From positions 1,386 through 65,385 of the forward strand of contig MEUB01000007.1 of NCBI GenBank assembly GCA_001771535.1: a DNA stretch of 64,000 bases, read 5' to 3'. The DNA comes from a candidate division WOR-1 bacterium RIFOXYB2_FULL_37_13 (lineage in GTDB: Bacteria; Margulisbacteria; WOR-1; XYC2-FULL-46-14; XYC2-FULL-37-10). This document shows positions 36,545 through 46,887 of this stretch, piece by piece. The position numbers were made by a program, and so were the translations under genes. The notes under the pieces are model-generated. The model was not told the DNA's origin. It searched no databases and saw nothing but the letters and a program-made list of their open reading frames with translations. Position 1 is the stretch's first letter. Each line of letters begins with the position of its first letter.

Positions 36545-37741
36545 ATGAAAAAAAGTTATCTTTTTACGTCTGAATCTGTGACAGAAGGCCATCCTGATAA
36601 AGTCTGCGATCAAATTTCCGACTCTATCCTCGACGCCATAATGGAAAAAGATCCTGTTGGAAGGGTCGCTGTAGAAGCACTTGTAACAAACGGTCTCTGC
36701 GTTGTGGCAGGAGAGGTTACAACGGGCTGCTATGTTGATATTCCCCAAATAGTCCGAAATACAATAAAAGACATAGGCTATACAAGAGCCAAATACGGGT
36801 TTGATTATGAAACCTGCGGCGTATTGGTTTCTTTAAAAGAACAAAGCAAAGATATAGCAAGAGGCGTTGATAAGGCCCTCGAAATCCGCGGAGGAGAGGT
36901 AATAAAAGAAGACCTGGAAGGTTTGGGCGCCGGAGATCAAGGACTTATGTTTGGATATGCCTGCGATGAAACAGAAGAACTTATGCCTCTTCCGATAACT
37001 CTATCCCATAAGCTGGCAAAAAAGTTAGCCGACGTCAGAAAAACAGGCGAGTTGTCATATCTTAGACCCGATGGAAAATCTCAAGTTACCATAGAATACG
37101 AGAATGGTAACCCTGTGAGGATCGATACTGTTCTAATTGCTGCGCAACACGCTCCTGAAGTTGATTCAAAACAGATAAGAGACGATATTATAGAAAGGGT
37201 TATAATCCCCACCCTTCCCGAAAAACTGATAGACGATAAAATTAAATACTATGTCAACCCGACAGGTCGTTTTGTAATAGGTGGCCCTCAAGGCGACACA
37301 GGGGTTACCGGCAGAAAAATCATAGTTGATACGTATGGCGGATATGCGAGGCATGGTGGCGGGGCTTTCAGTGGAAAAGATCCAACCAAGGTTGACAGAT
37401 CAGGAACCTACGCGGCCAGATGGGTCGCCAAAAATGTTGTTGCCGCGGGACTCGCGAAAAAATGCGAAGTACAGCTTGCTTATGCGATAGGCGTAGCAAA
37501 GCCTCTTTCCATAATGGTTGACACTTTTGGCACAGGAGAGATAGCAGACACCAAAATAGCAAAGCTTATAGACGACCATTTTGATTTAAGGCCCGGTTTA
37601 ATTATCAAACATCTGAGCTTAAGAAAACCTATATACAAACAGGTTGCGGCATATGGACATTTTGGCAGGCCCGAATTAAAGCTTCCATGGGAAAATACGG
37701 ATAAAGCCAAAGAACTAAAAAAAGCGGCAGCAAAAATTTAA
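36545..37741 (+). CDS. metK: S-adenosylmethionine synthetase
   Basis: [48 protein letters not shown]. Confidence 0.97.
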   Translation: MKKSYLFTSESVTEGHPDKVCDQISDSILDAIMEKDPVGRVAVEALVTNGLCVVAGEVTTGCYVDIPQIVRNTIKDIGYTRAKYGFDYETCGVLVSLKEQSKDIARGVDKALEIRGGEVIKEDLEGLGAGDQGLMFGYACDETEELMPLPITLSHKLAKKLADVRKTGELSYLRPDGKSQVTIEYENGNPVRIDTVLIAAQHAPEVDSKQIRDDIIERVIIPTLPEKLIDDKIKYYVNPTGRFVIGGPQGDTGVTGRKIIVDTYGGYARHGGGAFSGKDPTKVDRSGTYAARWVAKNVVAAGLAKKCEVQLAYAIGVAKPLSIMVDTFGTGEIADTKIAKLIDDHFDLRPGLIIKHLSLRKPIYKQVAAYGHFGRPELKLPWENTDKAKELKKAAAKI

Positions 37742-37775
37742 ATAAATAGTAGTTTAAAATATTGTTTTACGGTTG

Positions 37776-37812
37776 CGCGGTCAAGAATGTTTTTTTTGGC
37801 CGCGTATTTTTT
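37776..37812 (+). terminator. Rho-independent terminator after metK
   Basis: 9-bp stem CGCGGTCAA/TTGGCCGCG (one G-U pair), 11-nt loop, then TATTTTTT. Confidence 0.65.
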
Positions 37813-37835
37813 ATAATGGGGTAAGCATCTGCCTT

Positions 37836-39767
37836 TTATTTTGTCGTATATGATTTTAAGTTGTCAATTAACCTGCCTAAGATTGTCGACATTTCAACTA
37901 AAGCTGTAGCCCTATCTCCAGAACTTTTTAATGGGGTTGTCACTTGCCCTTTCCTATTTAAAAAACTAACTCTATTTAAATAATTAGGAGTGCCTGCAGC
38001 CTCAAGTAGGAGAGGAGCTACTATATTTGTTTCCGAATTGGCCTGTACCACCTGTATCAAAGTATTACCATGCGTAAGCATCCCCTCGGATATAACAGGA
38101 ATAACAACCCGTACGGCTGTTTTATCGATTAATTCATCTATGTGTGCGGTACCCCTAGGAGACATATTTCTATCATATACATTGATCTTTCCATCGCTGG
38201 AAAGCTCATAACAAAGAAGTTCCCAGTTATCTTGCGATGCCCGATTGCCAAAGCTTTCCAAAACTTTATCTAAAATTCTTGAATCTATCCCTTTATTTAC
38301 AACAACTGCAATTTGCCGTTGTATTTTAGGCACAGGCCTAGAAGGTGGCAAAACCTCCGCAACAGGAGAAAGACTTCCAACAGAAGGAGAATAATGCAAG
38401 TCCACCCACATCCTTAATGCATATAACGATTTTCTGCCAGGGGCAGCGGTATCAACTAATTCAAATGATATAGCATTTTTATCTATTTTTTCCTCAAGAA
38501 GATATCTATAAAATTCTAACGCAGCGTAAGCTAGATATTCTTCTGGATTGTTTGTAACATAAAAATGCAAATTTGCTTTCACATTTCGGTTAAAAGCAGC
38601 CTCAGCAAAATGCTTTCTGTCAATAGAAAAATCAACAGAAACGACTTGATTCACAGCACGGCCTGGACGCCTAATTGTATTAGCCTCTCCTACTTTTCTA
38701 TAAAACTCTGCTTTAATTTCAGTTAATTCATTTTTTGCCTGAAATAGCTTTAATCCGTCTGCCTGTAGAGCTTCTGCATCCTGCTTTACTCTTTGCTCAT
38801 TTCTAGCCGACTCTGTTTTTGTCTTTAATAAGCTCAAATGTAAATCATTTCCTTTATAGCCTACTTCTGTCCCATCCCAATAAGCTTCTAAGACTAAATA
38901 CGCGGAAGACCGCCCGTACTCTTCTCCTCTGTTTTTTTCAACAACTCTAAGAGAAATATTTTTAATTAATTCCCTTACAACTTCACGAGTATTTCCTATA
39001 AACAAATCCGGCAATAAATCAAACTGACCTCGTTGTACAAGATCATTGGCCGTCAGGAAAAAAAGCTCAGGAGTTGAATATTTATTCCCATCATAATCAG
39101 AAAGAACAGATATATTCATAATTTCCGCAAATGGAAATCCTGCTTCTGCTATAGGAATAAGACCCATTAAGATATCATTTGCTATTTCCACAACTGGCTT
39201 GACTGGTTGCGGGGAGGTATCTCTCCCAATAGCTGCCGCAAAGGAAGAAGTGGAACTTGCTACTGACTGACCGCCCAAGCCTGAAACACTTTGATAAGGA
39301 GCTGTTTCCAATCCCTGGCATTTTGCCGATATATCTTTATAAACTTCCTCCCAAGCTGACATCCTTGCCCTCTCATCTAATGAACTAAGCCACTTCCGAT
39401 TAGGAATTCCGTCTGGAACCCAATTATCCCGAGAAAAAGGTCGACGATTAACAAATGTAAGGTGCTTATTTCTATCCGCAGTTTCCAAGGCTGCCTGGAA
39501 AGCAACCATTTCATCAATAGCGCACTCCTTGCTCCCTACAACAAGAAACAAATCAGCGTGATATATCTGGCGATTATATGTAGCAATATCATCTCCAGGA
39601 AGTTCCCCCCAAGAAGTAATTACTTCAATACCTTGGCTGTTAAACATACCCAGCATTGCAGTAAAATGCGCATCGGAATTCAATCCCCCTTGCCCGTGCA
39701 AGTCTTTTGCATTAGCAATAACAGCTAATTTTACAGGCCTTCCTAAACCACTTATTTTATTCATCAT
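37836..39767 (-). CDS. 643-aa orphan protein with two terminal alpha/beta (TIR/NDT-like pattern) domains
   Basis: ORF opens at 39794 (TTG), but AAGGAG precedes the ATG at 39767 (MMNKISG..). N-terminus: VKLAVIANAKD..ADLFLVVGSKECAIDEMVAFQAA. C-terminus: IAVVVNKGIDS..VRVVIPVISEGMLTHG. No signal peptide or TM segment. Confidence 0.55.
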   Translation of the reverse strand: MMNKISGLGRPVKLAVIANAKDLHGQGGLNSDAHFTAMLGMFNSQGIEVITSWGELPGDDIATYNRQIYHADLFLVVGSKECAIDEMVAFQAALETADRNKHLTFVNRRPFSRDNWVPDGIPNRKWLSSLDERARMSAWEEVYKDISAKCQGLETAPYQSVSGLGGQSVASSTSSFAAAIGRDTSPQPVKPVVEIANDILMGLIPIAEAGFPFAEIMNISVLSDYDGNKYSTPELFFLTANDLVQRGQFDLLPDLFIGNTREVVRELIKNISLRVVEKNRGEEYGRSSAYLVLEAYWDGTEVGYKGNDLHLSLLKTKTESARNEQRVKQDAEALQADGLKLFQAKNELTEIKAEFYRKVGEANTIRRPGRAVNQVVSVDFSIDRKHFAEAAFNRNVKANLHFYVTNNPEEYLAYAALEFYRYLLEEKIDKNAISFELVDTAAPGRKSLYALRMWVDLHYSPSVGSLSPVAEVLPPSRPVPKIQRQIAVVVNKGIDSRILDKVLESFGNRASQDNWELLCYELSSDGKINVYDRNMSPRGTAHIDELIDKTAVRVVIPVISEGMLTHGNTLIQVVQANSETNIVAPLLLEAAGTPNYLNRVSFLNRKGQVTTPLKSSGDRATALVEMSTILGRLIDNLKSYTTK

Positions 39768-39814
39768 TTGTCCATCACTCCTTATAAGACTCAAAACATG
39801 TACCCACTGTATCT

Positions 39815-39842
39815 TTTTCGATAAATGACTTATGAAATTTCA
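39815..39842 (-). promoter_or_regulatory. TGAAAT-N14-ATCGAAAA bipartite promoter-like motif
   Basis: Minus strand reads TGAAATTTCATAAGTCATTTATCGAAAA, 48 nt upstream of the ATG at 39767. Confidence 0.4.
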
Positions 39843-39904
39843 TTATTTCTACAGACATTTTTAGTATAGATACAAACTCCCCGCAAATGCTATAATTGGT
39901 TCAA

Positions 39905-40864
39905 ATGGATCGCCTGTTAAAAAGTAAATTTAAAACCGGTAAAAAAATCGGCGAGAATTTCTTTTCTCTTACATACGACGGAACAACCCTTTCGGGGGAA
40001 CACCCCGTAATTATAAAAATTTATAAGCGGGGAACGCTTAATTCTCCTCTAATCAAAAACATGAAACAAAAAGTAAAAGTTCTTCAGGGCGAAATCCATC
40101 CCCGCATCGTCAAACTTCTGGACGGGGACTACGGTTGGCAGGGATTTTATTACGTCCGCCATTTCATAAAAGGACGCCCTCTGAAAGATTTAATAAAGGC
40201 CAAATCGCTTTCCGCGGAAGACGCGGAAACTTTTACGCTTCAAATCTGCGAAGCTCTAAACGCGGCCCACAAAAGAGGAATCGTTCATGGAGCCTTATCT
40301 GACAATAACATCCTTATCGATGAAAAAGGAGCCAAAGTAACCGACTTTGTTATAGAAGGAGAAATAAAAGAATCTCCGGCGCAAAAAGCTTTGGCAATAG
40401 TTGAAAACGAAGAAACATTGTCTCCCGAAGAAATATCAGGACAACATACTTCTTTTTCATCCGATATTTTCGCAGTTGGAATGCTTCTTTATAAAATGCT
40501 GGCTTTTAATCCCCCGTTTCGTTCACAACTAGAAAAATTACAGGGGAAATTTACTCTCCCGTCAAATTTACCAAAATACCAGAAAGATATAATCCAAAAA
40601 GCATTGGATCCTGATCCGCTTTTAAGATTTAAAACTATTTCAGAATTATCAGAGAGTTTAAAAAACAAAGCAATAATTGATTTTTCACAAAATATTGAAT
40701 TCCCGGCGATTGAGCTGGAAAACACACCAAACCCCGAAGAAAAAGAAACTCATATCATAAAGCAGGAAAGAGAAAAAAGCTTTTTTATAGCAAAAGTAAT
40801 TTTATTGGCGGCTTTTGCCGGCGTTGTATACGCGATTATCAGCTCTCTTTTTACAGGAAAATAA
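39905..40864 (+). CDS. Hanks-type Ser/Thr kinase-like protein with degenerate catalytic motifs and C-terminal TM helix (probable pseudokinase)
   Basis: VIIKIYK keeps the beta3 Lys. The G-loop is IGENFFS, the catalytic loop is HGALSDNN instead of HRDLKPxN, and DFV replaces DFG. TM segment FFIAKVILLAAFAGVVYAIISSLF. TGcTATAAT (39891-39896) lies 8 nt before the ATG. Confidence 0.65.
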   Translation: MDRLLKSKFKTGKKIGENFFSLTYDGTTLSGEHPVIIKIYKRGTLNSPLIKNMKQKVKVLQGEIHPRIVKLLDGDYGWQGFYYVRHFIKGRPLKDLIKAKSLSAEDAETFTLQICEALNAAHKRGIVHGALSDNNILIDEKGAKVTDFVIEGEIKESPAQKALAIVENEETLSPEEISGQHTSFSSDIFAVGMLLYKMLAFNPPFRSQLEKLQGKFTLPSNLPKYQKDIIQKALDPDPLLRFKTISELSESLKNKAIIDFSQNIEFPAIELENTPNPEEKETHIIKQEREKSFFIAKVILLAAFAGVVYAIISSLFTGK

Positions 40865-40918
40865 AAGCTTTACCTTGTTGTTTAATATGGGAGCCATAAA
40901 TGGCCTAGAGGTGTAAAA

Positions 40919-41359
40919 ATGTATAGTACCCTTTTAACATATTTCATATTTCTTTTTATTGTGGCCGTTATTCTATTATATATAGTCCTAAAACTACACA
41001 TCAAAAATCCTGTTCGTTTCATAGGAATTATAATGGCAATTATTATACTCCCCTTTTTTGTCGGATATTTTTATTTTACATATTTCAATGCGATTCCGGA
41101 AACTATGGTTCCCGATGTTATTGGTCTTAGCAAAAATGAAGCCGTCTCCCGAATAGAAAACATGGGTCTTAAAATAAAAATAACGGAAATGGACAAAGAG
41201 CCAAAGCTTGTTACAAACCAGCGCCCTGAACCTGGGAAAATAGTAAAATCAGGGAGGATTATTTCTGTTACAATAGGAAGCCCTGTAGAAATTTCAATTC
41301 CATCGCCAATAAGCGTAAGTGAAGAATTAAATAATGAGGAGACGGGCAGCAATGATTAA
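40919..41359 (+). CDS. Membrane-anchored single PASTA domain protein
   Basis: Two N-terminal TM helices, then VPDVIGLSKNEAVSRIENMGLKIKITE..GKIVKSGRIISVTIG, which fits PASTA. Confidence 0.7.
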   Translation: MYSTLLTYFIFLFIVAVILLYIVLKLHIKNPVRFIGIIMAIIILPFFVGYFYFTYFNAIPETMVPDVIGLSKNEAVSRIENMGLKIKITEMDKEPKLVTNQRPEPGKIVKSGRIISVTIGSPVEISIPSPISVSEELNNEETGSND

Positions 41360-41996
41360 AATAGCGCCATCAATATTGTCCGCTGATTTTTGTAATCTGG
41401 AAAAAGAAATAAAAAAAGTCGAAGAGGCCGGCGCGGACATGATACATGTGGACGTAATGGACGGCCATTTTGTTCCAAATATAACAATAGGCCCGTTAAT
41501 AGTAAAAGCATGCCGAAAAATCACAAAACTCCCTTTGGATGTACACCTTATGATAGAAAATCCCGACCGATTCATCCCTGATTTCGCGAGAGCAGGGGCA
41601 GATATCATAACAATACACGTTGAAGCGTCAAAAAACCTTAAGGAAGACATCGAACTTATAAAACAAAACGGGGTAAAGCCAGGAGTTGTCGTCAACCCGG
41701 GAACTCCGGTTGAAAATATCTTCAACATTTTAAATGATATAGTAATGGTTCTAATAATGTCTGTTAACCCCGGATTTGAAGCTCAAAAATTTATGCCGGA
41801 AGTTTTGCCGAAAATAAAAAGATTAAAAGATGAAATCAATAAGCAAAATGTAAAAGTTGACATAGAAGTAGACGGGGGAATCAACCTAGAAACAGCTCCA
41901 AAAGCAATATCTGCCGGAGCAACTATTCTGGTAGCAGGTTCCGCGATTTTTTACGATAAAAATTTCCCTGAAACATTAAAAAAAATGAAACATTGA
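41352..41996 (+). CDS. rpe: Ribulose-phosphate 3-epimerase
   Basis: IAPSILSADF, HVDVMDGHFVPN, MSVNPGF, VDGGI. Confidence 0.95.
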   Translation: MIKIAPSILSADFCNLEKEIKKVEEAGADMIHVDVMDGHFVPNITIGPLIVKACRKITKLPLDVHLMIENPDRFIPDFARAGADIITIHVEASKNLKEDIELIKQNGVKPGVVVNPGTPVENIFNILNDIVMVLIMSVNPGFEAQKFMPEVLPKIKRLKDEINKQNVKVDIEVDGGINLETAPKAISAGATILVAGSAIFYDKNFPETLKKMKH

Positions 41997-42048
41997 TTTT
42001 TGAGGAATTTATGTAGGTTTAAAAGCAAGAAAAATCAGTTTCCACCCA

Positions 42049-42077
42049 TTGACACGCCATGGCAAAAATGTTAAAAT
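42049..42077 (+). promoter_or_regulatory. Sigma-70 promoter of the hrcA operon (TTGACA-N17-TAAAAT)
   Basis: TTGACA 42049-42054 and TAAAAT 42072-42077, abutting the CIRCE operator. Confidence 0.7.
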
Positions 42078-42103
42078 TAGCACTCAATAGCTTGGAGTGC
42101 TAA
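42077..42103 (+). promoter_or_regulatory. CIRCE operator (HrcA binding site)
   Basis: Perfect consensus TTAGCACTC-N9-GAGTGCTAA, 4 nt upstream of the hrcA ATG. Confidence 0.95.
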
Positions 42104-42106
42104 ACT

Positions 42107-42856
42107 ATGACAAAAGACCAAATTACCGAAAGAAAAAGAGAGATTTTAGGAGCCGTGGTAGAAGACTATATAAACACCGCGGAACCTGTTGGCTCTTTTA
42201 CAATTACAAAACATTACCTAAAATCCATCTCTCCTGCTACTGTACGCAATGAAATGCAGGAGCTCGAACAATGCGGCTACATAACACATCCGCATACAAG
42301 CTCAGGAAGAATCCCGACAGATAATGGCTATAGATATTATATAGACAATATTATGGAAACAAAAAAAATATCAGGCAGGGAAATTACTTTAATAAAAAGC
42401 GGTATAAAAAAAATAGGAAGAGGAATTGAAGAAATAATGAGAGGCTCTCTTAAAATGCTTTCCTCGCTTTTAAACTATGCAACAGTATTTGTCTCTTTTG
42501 GGAAAAAAGAAAGGACAATGTCATCAGGTATTTCAAAGATATTAAACCAGCCTGAGTTTCAAAGCGTGGAAAACATAAAAAATGTCATAGAAACGCTGGA
42601 ACATGAACAATTAATTTGCAGGATACTGGAAGAATATTCAAAATTTGAGCCTTTAACAATTCATATAGGACATGAAAATAAATTTAAACATATGAAAGAT
42701 CTTTCTATTGTTGTGGCGCATCACAACCTAAGAGGGTTTGATCCGTGCGCTATAGGAATAATAGGGCCTACAAGAATGGACTACAATAGGGTTACTTCTG
42801 TTTTAAGGCAAATTTCTGAAGAAATGGAAACTTTGATTAATGGGGAGGGTTTTTGA
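42107..42856 (+). CDS. hrcA: Heat-inducible transcription repressor HrcA (short form, 249 aa)
   Basis: N-terminal wHTH LTERKREILGAVVEDYINTAEPVGS, C-terminal GIIGPTRMDYNRV. Sits in the CIRCE/grpE/dnaK context. Confidence 0.9.
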   Translation: MTKDQITERKREILGAVVEDYINTAEPVGSFTITKHYLKSISPATVRNEMQELEQCGYITHPHTSSGRIPTDNGYRYYIDNIMETKKISGREITLIKSGIKKIGRGIEEIMRGSLKMLSSLLNYATVFVSFGKKERTMSSGISKILNQPEFQSVENIKNVIETLEHEQLICRILEEYSKFEPLTIHIGHENKFKHMKDLSIVVAHHNLRGFDPCAIGIIGPTRMDYNRVTSVLRQISEEMETLINGEGF

Positions 42857-43407
42857 TGTCTGACGAACAAGAAACAAGAGACGAAATGCAAAAGGAAGAA
42901 AATACAGAAGAGGAATTAACCACTGTTCAAAATGATCTTGAGGCTTTAAAAGAAGAAATCATTAAAAAAGAAAATGAAAATAAAGAGTTAAAAGATAAAT
43001 TCTTGAGAACCCTTGCCGATTTTGACAATTACAAAAAACGAATATCAAAAGAAAAAGAAGATCTTCTGAAATTCGGCAATGAAACCCTTATCTGCGAACT
43101 GCTTCCGGTATTGGATTGTTTTGATCACGCTATCGCCTCTGCAAAAAAGTCAAATGATGAAAACATCATAAAAGGCATAGAACTTGTAAAAAAACAGATG
43201 ATAGATACTCTTTTAAAATTAGGGGTACAAGAGATTGAATCTCTGGATAAGCCGTATGACCCTCATTTCCATGAAGCTATGAGCAAACAGGAGTCAGATA
43301 AGCCTGAAAATACAATTATTCAGGAATTGCGAAAGGGATATATACTAAACGAAAAATTAATAAGGCCGGCAATGGTAATTGTCTCGGCCGAAAAAGGGGG
43401 AAAATAA
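42853..43407 (+). CDS. grpE: Nucleotide exchange factor GrpE
   Basis: [41 protein letters not shown]. Confidence 0.95.
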   Translation: MMSDEQETRDEMQKEENTEEELTTVQNDLEALKEEIIKKENENKELKDKFLRTLADFDNYKKRISKEKEDLLKFGNETLICELLPVLDCFDHAIASAKKSNDENIIKGIELVKKQMIDTLLKLGVQEIESLDKPYDPHFHEAMSKQESDKPENTIIQELRKGYILNEKLIRPAMVIVSAEKGGK

Positions 43408-43408
43408 A

Positions 43409-45340
43409 ATGGCAAAAGAAAAAATCATAGGAATAGATTTGGGGACTACAAATTCCTGCGTGGCAGTAATGTCGGGAGGGGAAGCGGTCGTAATTCCAAA
43501 TTCTGAAGGGGGACGCACCACCCCATCGATAGTTTCTTTCCCAAAAGAGGGCGAGCGAATCGTAGGACAAGTCGCCAAAAGACAGGCGATAACCCATCCT
43601 GAAAATACGATATTTTCTATAAAAAGATTTATGGGAAGGCTTTTTAACGAAATAACAGAAGAGACAAAACATATCCCCTATAAGGTCGTAGCGGGAAGAA
43701 ATAACGCGGCCTCGGTTGAAATTTCAGGAAAACAATATACCCCGCCCGAAATTTCGGCAATCATACTCCAAAAGCTAAAAAAGTCAGCGGAAGATTTTCT
43801 TGGCGAACCTGTTAAGAAGGCCGTAATTACTGTTCCGGCCTATTTTAACGATTCTCAACGCCAGGCAACCAAAGACGCGGGGACAATCGCGGGGCTTGAA
43901 GTTGTGCGTATTATTAACGAACCTACAGCCGCTTCGCTTGCTTATGGTATGGATAAGAAAAAAAATGAAAAGATTGCTATATATGACCTTGGTGGAGGCA
44001 CTTTTGACATATCAATTCTTGAGCTTGGAGATGGTGTTTTTGAGGTTAAAGCGACAAACGGAGATACGCATCTGGGAGGAGATAATTTTGACCACACAAT
44101 TATCGAATGGCTTCTTGATGAATTTAAAAAAGATACCGGCATGGATTTATCAAAAGATAAAATGGCTCTTCAAAGATTTAAAGAATCAGCGGAAAAAGCA
44201 AAAATAGAGCTCTCTACAACAACGGAAACAGAAATCAATCTCCCTTTTATCACGGCAGACGCGTCAGGACCAAAACATCTGGTGGTAAAACTGACAAGAG
44301 CCAAACTTGAACAAATTGTAGCAACTTTAGTAGAAAGGACACTCGCGCCATGCAAGCAGGCTCTTGCCGATGCGGGGTTGTCAACAAACGAAATAAACGA
44401 AGTTATTTTAGTTGGCGGACAGACAAGGATGCCAAAAGTCCAGGAAACGGTAAAAAGTTTTTTTGGAAAAGAGCCTCATAAGGGGGTAAACCCTGATGAA
44501 GTGGTAGCAATAGGCGCCGCAATTCAAGGCGGTGTTTTGGCAGGAGACTTTGGGACAGATATGGTTCTTTTGGATGTAACACCGCTAACGCTTGGGATTG
44601 AAACGCTGGGCGGGGTTATGACTCCTTTGATTGAAAAAAACACAACCATTCCTACAAAGAAATCACAAGTGTTTTCAACCGCGGCCGACGGACAAACCTC
44701 GGTCGAAGTACATGTATTGCAGGGAGAACGTCCAATGGCAAACGACAACAGATCTCTTGGCCGTTTTCATCTGGAAGGGATTCCTCCGGCGCCAAGGGGG
44801 ATTCCGCAAGTCGAAGTTACCTTTGATATAGATGCCAATGGAATTGTCAACGTCTCCGCAAGAGATAAAGGAACAGGAAAAGAGCAAAAGATTACGATAA
44901 CAGCCTCTTCCGGACTTTCAAAAGATGACATCGAAAAAATGAAAAAAGAGGCATCCGCACACGAAACAGAAGATAAAAAGAAAAGAGAAGAAATAGATCT
45001 TCGCAACCAGGCGGATGGGATGGTTTATACCGTCGAAAAAACCTTAAAAGATTCAGGCGACAAAGTCGACGCGGCGACAAAGGAAAAAGTTGAGAAAGAG
45101 ATAAACGAAATGAAAGAGGTTTTAAAGGGGACTGACTCTTCTAAGATAAAAGAGCAGCTTGAAAAGCTCCAAAAAGAAGTTTACGCGATGTCTGAACAGC
45201 TTTACAAAGCACAAGCTCCGGAAGGACAACCAGAAGGAGCTCAGGGACAAGATACAGGACAAGAAGCCAAAAAAGATAATGACGGCAAAACAATTGACGC
45301 CGACTACGAAATGAAGAAGGATGATGAAGAGAAGAAGTAG
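43409..45340 (+). CDS. dnaK: Molecular chaperone DnaK (Hsp70)
   Basis: [40 protein letters not shown]. Start at ATG 43409 after GGGGGAAAA. The ORF track start at 43379 lies inside grpE. Confidence 0.97.
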   Translation: MAKEKIIGIDLGTTNSCVAVMSGGEAVVIPNSEGGRTTPSIVSFPKEGERIVGQVAKRQAITHPENTIFSIKRFMGRLFNEITEETKHIPYKVVAGRNNAASVEISGKQYTPPEISAIILQKLKKSAEDFLGEPVKKAVITVPAYFNDSQRQATKDAGTIAGLEVVRIINEPTAASLAYGMDKKKNEKIAIYDLGGGTFDISILELGDGVFEVKATNGDTHLGGDNFDHTIIEWLLDEFKKDTGMDLSKDKMALQRFKESAEKAKIELSTTTETEINLPFITADASGPKHLVVKLTRAKLEQIVATLVERTLAPCKQALADAGLSTNEINEVILVGGQTRMPKVQETVKSFFGKEPHKGVNPDEVVAIGAAIQGGVLAGDFGTDMVLLDVTPLTLGIETLGGVMTPLIEKNTTIPTKKSQVFSTAADGQTSVEVHVLQGERPMANDNRSLGRFHLEGIPPAPRGIPQVEVTFDIDANGIVNVSARDKGTGKEQKITITASSGLSKDDIEKMKKEASAHETEDKKKREEIDLRNQADGMVYTVEKTLKDSGDKVDAATKEKVEKEINEMKEVLKGTDSSKIKEQLEKLQKEVYAMSEQLYKAQAPEGQPEGAQGQDTGQEAKKDNDGKTIDADYEMKKDDEEKK

Positions 45341-45354
45341 TTTTTTGTTTTATA

Positions 45355-45828
45355 TTAATTGTCGCCGGACAAAAAATTAAAAATTTCTTCAGTGTCGGGG
45401 ATTTCTTTATTTGGATATACTTTTATCCATTTAACAATGCCTGTTTCATCTATTAATATATTGGCACGTTTTGAAACCCCCGTTTTTTCATCAAAAATTC
45501 CCAGTTTCTTGGCCAAGTCCCCATGCGCCCAAAAATCAGCAAGCAAGCGCGTCCTGTTTATTCTAAGGTTTTTTGACCACGCTTCTTTTGACGGCTGTGA
45601 ATCAATGCTTATTCCCAAAGGAACAGTGTTTAATTTATTAAAACGATCATAATTTTTTTCCAAAGACTGCATTTGTATTGAACAAACAGATGTCCAAGCC
45701 AATGGATGGAAAGAAAGCAAAACTTTTTTTCCTATAAATTGGGATAATTTAATATTATTCCCATTTTGATCTATCAACGCAAATAAAGGAGCCTTATCCC
45801 CAACTTTTATTATTTCCATTTTAAGCAA
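45355..45828 (-). CDS. Peroxiredoxin (AhpC/TSA family, Bcp/PrxQ-like)
   Basis: KVLLSFHPLAWTSVCSIQM carries the PxxxTxxC peroxidatic-Cys motif. Confidence 0.8.
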   Translation of the reverse strand: MLKMEIIKVGDKAPLFALIDQNGNNIKLSQFIGKKVLLSFHPLAWTSVCSIQMQSLEKNYDRFNKLNTVPLGISIDSQPSKEAWSKNLRINRTRLLADFWAHGDLAKKLGIFDEKTGVSKRANILIDETGIVKWIKVYPNKEIPDTEEIFNFLSGDN

Positions 45829-45945
45829 CCCCTTTTATATAAGAAAAACAAATCTATTATTTACATGATTTTATCTCAAAAAAGAAGGGAAGTAACTGAC
45901 TCAATTCAACTTTCAATTGATTTTCACGGGGAGCATTAAAGTCAA

Positions 45946-46788
45946 TTAACTAGGGCTTCCGTCTCTAGCAGTTTTAGCTCTTTCAAGCTCTTTTTTTACA
46001 GCGTCAATTTCTTCTTTTTTTATAAGTTTCTCAAGAGTGGCAAGTGACACCTTAAATGCTTTTATCATCCTTAAAACAGCTTTTTTGTTAGTCATAAACA
46101 TATCAACGCCAAGAAGAGGGTCGCCAGAAGCAATTCTGGTTGTATCACGAAATCCGGACGCGGCACAATAGAGCATTAAAGTTTTTTCAGTTTGGGATTC
46201 CACCGTATTTATGAGAGAAACCGCGACAGCCAGCGGCATATGGCTTATGGCAGCTACAACAAGATCATGCTTCTTTGGATCAAGGTACAAGATTTTTGCG
46301 CCTGTAGTTAATATAATATTTTCAAGGCGAGAAATAGCGTTTGTTCTTGTTTTAGAAGTTTTAATCAACATCCAAATTTTATCTTTGAACAATCCGTCTT
46401 CTGCTTCTTCAAATTTAACCTTTTCTTTTCCTGTCATCGGATGTCCGCCGACAAAATATCTCCCTTTGGGCATTAGTTTTTCAGCTTGAGAGACTATTTC
46501 CTGTTTTGTAGACCCAACATCAGAAACAATGGCTCCCTTTTTTAAATAAGGAGTCGTTTCTTTTAATATTGGGATAATAAGACTGATCGGCGTACAGATA
46601 AAAACAAAATCAGCATCTGAAATATCTTTTATATCGCATGAACCCTCATCAATTGCTCCGCTATTTTTCGCTTTTTCAACAGTCTCCCCTCTCCTTGCGA
46701 TCCCAACAACATAAAAACCCGCTTTTCTTAATGATAAAGCAAGCGATCCTCCGATTAACCCTAAACCGATTATAGCTATTTTATTCAT
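45946..46788 (-). CDS. tyrA: Prephenate/arogenate dehydrogenase
   Basis: IAIIGLGLIGGSLALSL Rossmann motif, DVGSTK, GGHPMTG. Confidence 0.88.
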   Translation of the reverse strand: MNKIAIIGLGLIGGSLALSLRKAGFYVVGIARRGETVEKAKNSGAIDEGSCDIKDISDADFVFICTPISLIIPILKETTPYLKKGAIVSDVGSTKQEIVSQAEKLMPKGRYFVGGHPMTGKEKVKFEEAEDGLFKDKIWMLIKTSKTRTNAISRLENIILTTGAKILYLDPKKHDLVVAAISHMPLAVAVSLINTVESQTEKTLMLYCAASGFRDTTRIASGDPLLGVDMFMTNKKAVLRMIKAFKVSLATLEKLIKKEEIDAVKKELERAKTARDGSPS

Positions 46789-46828
46789 GAGAGCATTTTA
46801 CAACAAGTCAGGTAAAATAAAAATAGGG

Positions 46829-46856
46829 TGAAATTCTCTGAATTTCATTTCGAGGG
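46829..46856 (+). promoter_or_regulatory. TGAAAT-N14-TTCGAGGG bipartite promoter-like motif
   Basis: TGAAATTCTCTGAATTTCATTTCGAGGG, 32 nt upstream of the ATG at 46888. It contains the inverted repeat TGAAATTC/GAATTTCA. Confidence 0.35.
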
Positions 46857-46887
46857 ATATACAAATAAACAGGAGGCATTGATAATA

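Noticed and set aside
39817-39824. Plus-strand TTCGATAA as a promoter for the kinase-like gene
   Set aside because: There is no TGAAAT or TAAA element at the required 15-nt distance upstream on the plus strand. The site is the reverse reading of the palindromic region belonging to the minus-strand motif. The kinase gene has its own TGcTATAAT.
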